NCBI RefSeq assembly: GCF_009914755.1
Contig: NC_060931.1
Source: the human T2T-CHM13v2.0 reference genome, Homo sapiens
Length of the DNA stretch: 64,000 nucleotides
Reading direction: 5' to 3' (one strand)
Positions 55,830-64,000 of this stretch are shown here, piece by piece. Each line of letters begins with the position of its first letter. The first letter of the stretch is position 1. A program made the translations under genes and the position numbers. Below the pieces are notes generated by a model. That model was not told the DNA's origin. It searched no databases and worked only from the letters and a program-made list of their open reading frames with translations.

Positions 55830-57746
55830 CTATTTCTTTTTAATTGACAAATAATAATTATGTATATTTATGGAGTACAATGTGATATTTTTATCTATGT
55901 ATACACTGTAGAAAGATTCAATCAAGCTAATTGACATATTCATCGCCTCATCAACATCATTTTTTGGTGTGAGAGTGTTAAAAATTAATTCTTTTAGCTA
56001 CTTTGAAATACAAAATATATTATTATTAATTGGGGTCACCATGTAACACAATAGATCACTAAAACTTATTCTTCCAGTCTAACTGAGCTTGTACTCTTTG
56101 ATTAACATCTTCCCTTTCCTCATCCCTCCTCCTCCTCTAGCGTCCGCTAACCATCCTTCTGTTCTGTTTCTATCAGATAAACTTTTTTAGATTCCACATG
56201 TAAGTGAGATCATATTTGTCTTTTTGTGCCTGTCTTATTTGACTTAGCATAGTGTTCTTCACTTTCATCAATGTTGCTGCGAATGACAGAATCTCCTCCT
56301 TTTTTAATACTATAGAGTATTCCATTGGGTATAAATGCCACATTTTCTTTATACATTCGTTCATTAACAAACACTTAGGTTGCTTTTATATCTTGGCTAT
56401 TGTGAGTAATGCTGAAATGAACATGGGCATGCAGATATCTCTTGGACACACCAATTTCAATTCCTTTGGTTATATCTTTATACACTGAACAAACTATCTG
56501 AAAAAAATTAAGATACCTATCTCACAATAGCATCAAAGAATAAATAAAATATTTAGGAGTAAACTTAAGAAGATGCTTTCACTGTATAAAAAAAATTATA
56601 AAACATTTATGAAAGAATTGAAGAAGACACAAATACATGAAAACATATTCCATGTTCATGAGTTGAAAACATTAATATTGTGAAAATGTGCATACTGTCC
56701 ACAGCAAGCTACATATTTAACACAATTCCTATCAAAATTTCAATGTTATTTTTACAGAAATGAAAAATATTCTAAAACTGATATGGAACTCAAATAGCCA
56801 AAGCAATCTTGAGCAAAAACAATAAAACTAGAGGCATCACATTCCCTGATTTCAAAATATAAACCTATTGTAATCAAAACAGCATAGTACTGCATAAAAA
56901 CAGACACATCAACCAATAGAATAGAATAGAAAGACCAGAAGTATTTACAATCAATTGATTTTTTACAAGTGTACAAAGAGCACATAATGGAGAAAGAACA
57001 GTGTTTTAACAAATTATGTTGGGAAAACTGAGTATTCACATGTGGAAGAACAAAATTGGACTCTTATCTCACACCATATACAAAAATCAACTCAAAATGG
57101 ATAAAAGACTTAAACATAACACTGGAAACTCTAAAACTACTAGAAGAAAACATAGGGGAAAATCTCCACAACAATGGTATTGGCAATAATTTCTTGGAAA
57201 GTATTGCAAAAGCACAGACAACAAAAGCCAAAACAGAGAAATCAGATTGCATAAAACTAAAAAGCTTTTTCACAGCAAAAGAAAAAACAGATTGAAGAGA
57301 CAACCCATGGACTGGGAGAAAATATTTGTAAATCATACATCTAACAAGGGACTAATATCCAACATATATGAGAAACTCAAACAACTCGATAGCAAGAAAA
57401 TAGAACACCTTTTTAAAGAACAGACAAAGGATCTAAACAGACTCTTCTCAAAAGAAAAGATACAAATGGCCAAAAGATTTATGAAAGAAGCTCAACATCT
57501 CTAATCACCAGGGAAATGCAAATTAAAACCACAGTGAAAAATCACCCCATAGAATGGCTAATATAAAAAAGATGAAAGTTAACAAGAGGTGGTGAGGATG
57601 TAGAGAAAAGGGAAACTTGCACACTATTCATGGAAATATAAATTAGTACAGCCATTTTGGAAAATAGTATGGAGGTACCTCAAAAAAATAGAATTCTATA
57701 AATAGAATCACTATATAATTCAGCAATTTTACTTCTGGAAAACTGT
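55830..57746 (-). mobile_element. L1MA (approx. L1MA5-8) with 5' inversion
   Basis: Reverse 3' end at 55830-56476, forward ORF2 segment at ~56480-57740 (MDSYLTPYTKINSKWIKDLN peptide). TSD caattatattttaa / caatcatatttcaa. Confidence 0.88.
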
Positions 57747-60329
57747 CAATCATATTTCAAAGAGACTTAAGTAATAAGTGGAAAATTCCATGTATTTATT
57801 CATGTAATTCCAATTTCAATAGTTTTTTATTAATTTCATAGATCCGTATTTCCATCTGGTAGAATATTCCTCCTGCCTGAAGGATTTTCTTTAACATTTC
57901 TTATGTGTCTGCTGGCAATAGATACTTTCTGCTTTTCTATGTCTGAAAAAGTCTTTAGTTAGCTTCATTTTTGACATATTTTCACCAAGTATAGGATTCT
58001 CACTTGGCATGTTGGACTTTTGTTGTTGTTGTACTTTAAAAATGTTACCGTGCTGTCTTCTTACTTACATGGTTTCCAATAAGAAATCTGCTGTCATCCT
58101 TATCACTGCTGGTCTGAACATAATGCACCTTTTTTCCAAGATGTTTTTCCTAGCTTTTACTAGCAGCTAGTGAAAAAGGTGCATCGTGTGTATTATTTTT
58201 CCTTTATCACTGGTTTTGAGCAAATTGGTTATGATATACCTTAGTTTTGTTTTCTTCATTTTTCTTATACTTAAAGTTATTTAGCTTCTTAAATGTGTGG
58301 ATTTATAGTTTCTATCAAACTTGGAAAATTCTTGACTATTCAATATTTTTAAGCTCCTCCCCTCTGTCCTCTCCTTGAGGCACTTCAATCACACGTATAT
58401 TTGGCTACTTGCAGTTGTCCCACAGTTCTCTGAGGCTCTGTTTATTTCCTCGCTACAGGTCATATTTTCTTGCTTATTTGCATGCCTTGTAATTTTTATT
58501 GAATTTCATATACTGTGAATTTTGCTTTGTTGGGAACTGGATATTTCTGTATTCCTATACATATTCTTGAGCTTTGATCAGTTAAATCATGTGGAAACAG
58601 TTTGAAACTCTGGGGTTTAATATTCATTAGTTGTGACCAGAATAGTGCCCAATTTAGGGCTAAATATTTCCCTCTATTGAGGCAAAGCCTTCCTGTGTAC
58701 TCTACCTAATTCTTAATGAATCTCACGCCTTTCCAGGCTGTCTGATGGAATAGACATTCTTTGCAGCCAAGTGTGAGTATTGGGTACTTTTGCTTTTCAT
58801 CCTTCCAGATGCTTCTCTCCTTGGCCTTGGGTAGTTTTCTGCAATCAGGGATTTATGTGAACACATTGTATGCCATCTGCAGGTTGCCAGAGTTCTTTCT
58901 GTGTGCCCTTTCTTCTCTCAAGAACCAAGTTGAGCAAATTCTAGCCACTTTGTTACCATTGACTCTCAGCTTCATCTCTTCAACTCAGAACTCCACCAGG
59001 CTGTCTGGGTTCCCTCTTCCTGCCCCTGATACTGGAAACCCTCTCAAGGCAGTAAGCTAGAGAAATTATAGGGCTCACCTTGTTCTATTCCTGTCTCTCA
59101 GAGATGATGGTCCTTTACTGCCTGATATTCAGTGTCTTAATTAAAACATATTGTTTTATATGTTTTGCTAATTTGTTTTGTTTCAGGCAAGAGGCAAACA
59201 TACACTCCATTACTTTGCCCTGCCCCAAAACAAAATTCAATACATCAAACAATTTTTGATCTTGGATTTTTAATAAGATCTAAAATATATATTTAACGCA
59301 TTTTGTTTGTTGTCCTTTGCAAGAAAGTTATTTCCCAAAAATGTGATTGATTTTATCCACTATGTCAAATAATTGCTGTAAGTTCTATGTATAAAAGGTT
59401 ACAGAATCTCATTGGATTCAAACAAATCCCATGGCAGAATATATTTTATTAGATATATATTCTACTAGATACTATTTCAAATATATACATAAAATATATA
59501 TTACTAAATATAAGATAAAGATATATGTATGAAACAAAATGACATGGAAAACGTAAAATATAACAAAGATACAGAAAAAGAAAATTAAGGAGATAATAAG
59601 CAGTGATCATGATGAGACAGGCAGAAATTTAAGGAAAGATTGCTTAATAGCGTGAAGAACAATATCTTGTTTTGATAAAAGTATGACACAGATGTACCAG
59701 TCATGAACCAGGTGCTTGGAATGAGAAGAACCAAAAGATCTTGTTGAGCATCAAGAAAGCTCTAAAATTAAGAATCTGACAAAGAGGAATGAGGCTGTCA
59801 TTTCTAGTCATAATGAGTCCAAATCAATCATGATGCATTGCCTGGGGGCTGGGCGTGTTCCTGTCTCTCACAAAATGAAAGTTCTTTAGCAAAGAGTAGT
59901 GAGAAAATTAGAAAGGCAACCAACAGTGCCACAGGAGCAAAGCCCTCAGCGTCCAAACTGCATGGTGGATAGTGATAAGGGGGACTCCTCCCACCCTCTG
60001 AAACACTGTCTGGTTAGTGTTGTCACAAAAATATTCTTTTTGCCTCAAATGCACTACACATTTTTTAAGTTCAAGTGTTCTTATTATAGGTTTTTCTCAT
60101 GTTGCTCCACCCTGCACTCCACAGCACTCAGAGTCGTCGAGTGTCATACGGCTGGTCTGGCAGATAGTTCTGCACTCATAATCGTCTTCTCTCCAAAGAT
60201 CAGCGCTACTTTCTGCAGGGCTGTGCTCGTTTCGAAGCTTCTTCTTCCTTCCAGAAGCTTCTAAGCCCCTCACACAGTTACTTCTAATCTACTAAGTGGA
60301 TGTCAGCCTTAATGGAGTTTAAAGGACAT

Positions 60330-60510
60330 CAATCTTAGATTTAGCAAACTGGGTTTAAACCTTGCTTGCATCATCTCCCAGCTGGTGAACTGGCACAAAT
60401 AACCTGTTAGACCATTAGTTTCCTCACATAAAACTAAGATAATAAGATCCATCCTTTAGACATGCCTGATACATAGGGGCAAAAATGGACAAGTGTTGGC
60501 CATGATTGTT
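60330..60510 (+). mobile_element. MIR
   Basis: ctgggtttaaaccttgct...ttagtttcctcacataaaact. Confidence 0.6.
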
Positions 60511-61496
60511 AGAAAAATATCCACCTGACTCCAGTGCCTGGGTTCTATCCACAACGTGCATTGTGCATCTTAGCTTTTATGATTTGTTTCAGAACATATT
60601 CAAATTAGATGTTCTTTTAAGTATATGTATTTTGCCACAGAATGGGAGTGGAGAAGGCAAATAAAATTTGGAATGACATGAACAGAAAAATTTGTCAATA
60701 AGTATTTCAAAAAATTGAATCGTAATGTCTCCATGAAAATTTCAGTCAAAATAGCCAGTGGTAAGAATTAGAGTTGAAAGCACCTACCTATTACACACAG
60801 GAGTAGAACGCTCACTTAAGGAGGCAATGCAAAGCCAAATGAAATAAATAAATGTGCAAGTTATCACAGTCCCTAGGGTTTTAAAAAATCCTTCTTTTTT
60901 TCCAAATTAAATCTGTTTATGTCCTTGGGAATGAGTCAAACACACAATGCTGAGACAAGTAAAAAGAATTCAGTGTTTTTTTCCCACTGGTATGTGTTGA
61001 GTCATTACCAGTGGTAAATAACTCTTTTACATGAATTATCCATTAAAGATAGAGGAAAATTAAGTACTGACAAGGTTTCAATTACCAATCATTAAATCAA
61101 GAAAAATGTTTCTATTATTCCATTTCTTCTTAATTAACTCTATCATATCTGACTTAATGGTTCTCAACTTTGTGCCTCCAAGATAACAAACAAGGGGTTA
61201 CTCTGTGCTCCTGATGAAGTTAAATGTTATTCTGTATATACTACTATTTTGTTCCTACTGATTTCTGAGATGTTAGATTTAGAATTCATAAATGTCTGGT
61301 GTTAGAATTATTACTCCCATATTACAGATAATAAACTGAAGGTCTTCAATCTCAGCAGCAACACGGGACACATAGCTAATACTTAGAGGGCTGGCATTTG
61401 TATCCAGGTGCGCTTAATTACTCCACCTCACTATTCGCAAGGTAGTGGTTCCCTTTATTATGAACAAAACATGAGTCTATTTTTTCTTATACTAGA

Positions 61497-61877
61497 TGCT
61501 ATGGGTTAAATTGTGCTCCTCACCAAAAAATGCATACATTAAATTTATAACGACCAGTACCTCAGAATAGGATCTTATATGGATATAGGGTCTTCGAAGA
61601 GGTAATCAAGTTAAATGAGATCATTAGGCTTTGCCTTAATCCAATATGACTAGTATGTTTATTAAAATAAGAGACTTAGCCACATACGCATAGAGAGAAA
61701 ATGTGAAAACTAGAAGATGGCCATCTACAAACCAAGAACAGAGGCTTTACAAGGAACCAACCCCGCCAGCACCTTGATCTTGGAGCTTTCAGCCTCCAAA
61801 ACTGAAAGAGAATAAATTTCTGTTGCGGCAGTCACCCAGGCCATGGTACTTTGTTAAGTACCTAGCAAGCTAATATA
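61497..61877 (+). mobile_element. MLT1B-like MaLR solo LTR
   Basis: tgctatgggttaaattgtg...ccagtacctcagaat...gaggtaatcaagttaaatgag...cctagcaagctaatata. Confidence 0.87.
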
Positions 61878-63029
61878 TTTCCATCATATTTACTACAAGC
61901 TTATACACTTCCATTGTGTTTACTACGGCATCTTGATATGCATGTATTGAAGTCATTGATTTAAAAAACACTGCATGCCACAGGGACCAGGAGAGCCCCA
62001 AATCTCACCTCTAGAGACTCAGTCACTAGACTGATGTGGGTGTACAAAGAGATGTCCTCTGAGAATGGCTCATTTCTCATCCTTGCTCTGCCATCTCAGC
62101 TGGCTCTTTTCTGGGTTTGTGTGTGCCTGGTATATCACCCACCACAATCTACCCTCTATGAGGGAATATAATATGTATGTGCCATTCTCCCTCGCTACAG
62201 GGTGGTTACTTGAAGGTAAAAGACCCAAGATTCATTTGTCTCTGAATCTCAGGCAGATATTAGTCCTGAGTGCATCAGTTACTAGAGACACACTGCATTG
62301 AATTAAGTTAATACTCATTGTATGTTAAAGCTGAAATAATACTTAGAGATCTTCTAGTTTTTGGAGAGCAAAACTGGGTCCAAGTGGGCTGAAATGGTAT
62401 ATTTCTTTAGCAATTGGCCAAAAGCAATCTGACCCTCAGAATATCTGCTTCCATTTTCCTCTTACTCTCTATATGCATCTCTCTCAAATTTAGCATACTA
62501 TTTTGCATTTAGGTTTAGTTGACTTGTTCTTACAAATTTGTTGGTTTTTACATTTGTTTACAGATGATAAACTTCTCCCTTTTCCCCTTTGTCTGTTTCT
62601 ATGAGTTATTTTTAAACCTGGATTGCAGTAAGGGAAATTCCTTAGAAAATAACTCTTAGGAAAACTGGCTCTGATTATTTTCTATTTAGAATTATATTGA
62701 CAACAGCAATCCCCATGGCTGTGCTCAAAGATGCATTGTATAACAAAAAGATATTCCATTTCACATGGTCACATTAAGGAACATTGGTTTTGCCATTCTC
62801 TATCATTTTCCCTCCGTTTTCATGTTACTCAGTGGTGTTCCTTGCTTTCCCCCACAGGAACAGCTAACAAATATCATGAGATAGTTTTTCTTAAGAAAGT
62901 AGTTTGCAGTTCCAGGAATTGTCAAATGTCTGAATCAGCATATTAAATACACTCAGCCTGCATTCCCTCAGTACCAGTATTTCTTTGGTCCCCAGTTGAC
63001 TGCTTTAGGTCAAGAAGGGTTGAATTGGA

Positions 63030-64000
63030 TTAGAAGAAGTAGGAAAAGGAGGAAAAAGGAAATGGCATTTTTAGTACAGGGAAGAACACAAGCAATGGGA
63101 TGGGGTGACAAAGTTGCACACAAGTGAAGGAGCAACACAGGAGGGGTGGGGAGTGGGGTAGGGCACCAGCAGGAAGAGCTCTGAAGGAGGGCCCAGCTAG
63201 AGTTTATGCTATATATTACAGGTAACAGGGAACCAGAAAAGTGTGTGGGAAGAGTGACATGATTGGGCCTTGTGTGGGAAATATATTGGAGCAATTGCAC
63301 TTCTCATTTGAGGAGGGAGTACAGGGTAGGCAGAAAGATGAAACCAAAGGCTTTAATAGTAATCCAGATGAAAACAGGTAATGGTTAGAAATAGGGCTTG
63401 GTAATGAGCAAAGAAGCAGATAAAACCAGGAGCATATCAGAAGTAAAATGAACCAGAGTTAGTGAAAAGATGGGGTTGTAAGAGAGATGGCTGTGGGATG
63501 TTTTCAGCAGGAGGGATGCCTCAGGGTGGGGGTGCCATTGGCTGAGATAGTGACTGTGAGCAAAGCAATACATTTCTAGGGAGGGTGACAGATCTATTCT
63601 GAGCTGTGATGGAATGTCCTGGTAGAAATGTCATGCAGGCAAATGAAAGTTTTCACCTGGTGTCACAAGAAAGCTTGGGTGACAGGTGTATACTTGTCAC
63701 TTATGAGATGAAGATGGAAGTTGAAGTGAAGAGAGAGGCTGAGCTAACCCGGAGAGATATACAATATGGAAAGGGAAGAAGCTAGAGTCAGAAATCTAAG
63801 GACAGTACTATTTAAAGGGTATGTTGAAAAGAAGGACGGGGAAAAGGGAAGAGGAGAAGAACTGAAAAACAAACCAGAGTTTTGTACACCAAAGTAAAGA
63901 GAGTTTCATGAAGAAAAGTATGATCATAATTGTAAGTCGATACGCGAAAGTTGAATATGAGAAAGAATGAAAAGAAGCGGAATAATCAGAAAGTCATTAG
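63030..64000 (-). mobile_element. Decayed L2 body
   Basis: Purine-rich strand with L2 motifs gtaatccagatgaaaa, ggtgccattggctgagatag, gtagaaatgtcatgcaggca, tatttaaagggtatg. Confidence 0.65.

Noticed and set aside
57056-57504. L1 ORF2-like peptides
   Set aside because: Frameshifted fragments of a dead L1MA; no intact ORF1 or ORF2 exists anywhere in the window.
60224-60239. gtgctcgtttcg resembling the U6 snRNA 5' end
   Set aside because: Only 11/12 nt match and the similarity does not continue.

Overview
This is repeat-rich, apparently non-coding primate genomic DNA. It is very probably human, because it contains a CpG-intact AluYa4/Ya5-lineage element. I cannot support any protein-coding exon, tRNA, rRNA, snRNA or CRISPR array, and I cannot name the locus. 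The ORF-track entries are explained by Alu/L1/LTR sequence, microsatellites or chance. Contents: nine Alus and one FLAM monomer, several L1 fragments (two with twin-priming 5' inversions) plus two large antisense L1 clusters (~24-31.8 kb, ~46.9-59.2 kb), five MaLR solo LTRs, one LTR1-family ERV1 solo LTR, MER53/MER5A/MER20 DNA transposons, MIR/L2 relics, microsatellites and a 28-bp AT-rich VNTR. The most unusual signal is a set of short, locally templated copies and inversions that family-level repeat annotation does not explain: a 198-bp copy inside a microsatellite, a 43-bp copy with iterated snippets, a 112-bp copy split by an L1, a tailless 170-bp L1 fragment, a 30-bp patchwork insert in an Alu, and a fold-back insert. 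These resemble template-switching or polymerase-theta repair scars. Three candidate CTCF motifs lie on the minus strand. No novel biological system can be demonstrated from sequence alone. Repeat subfamily calls come from recalled consensus diagnostics, not from a database search.
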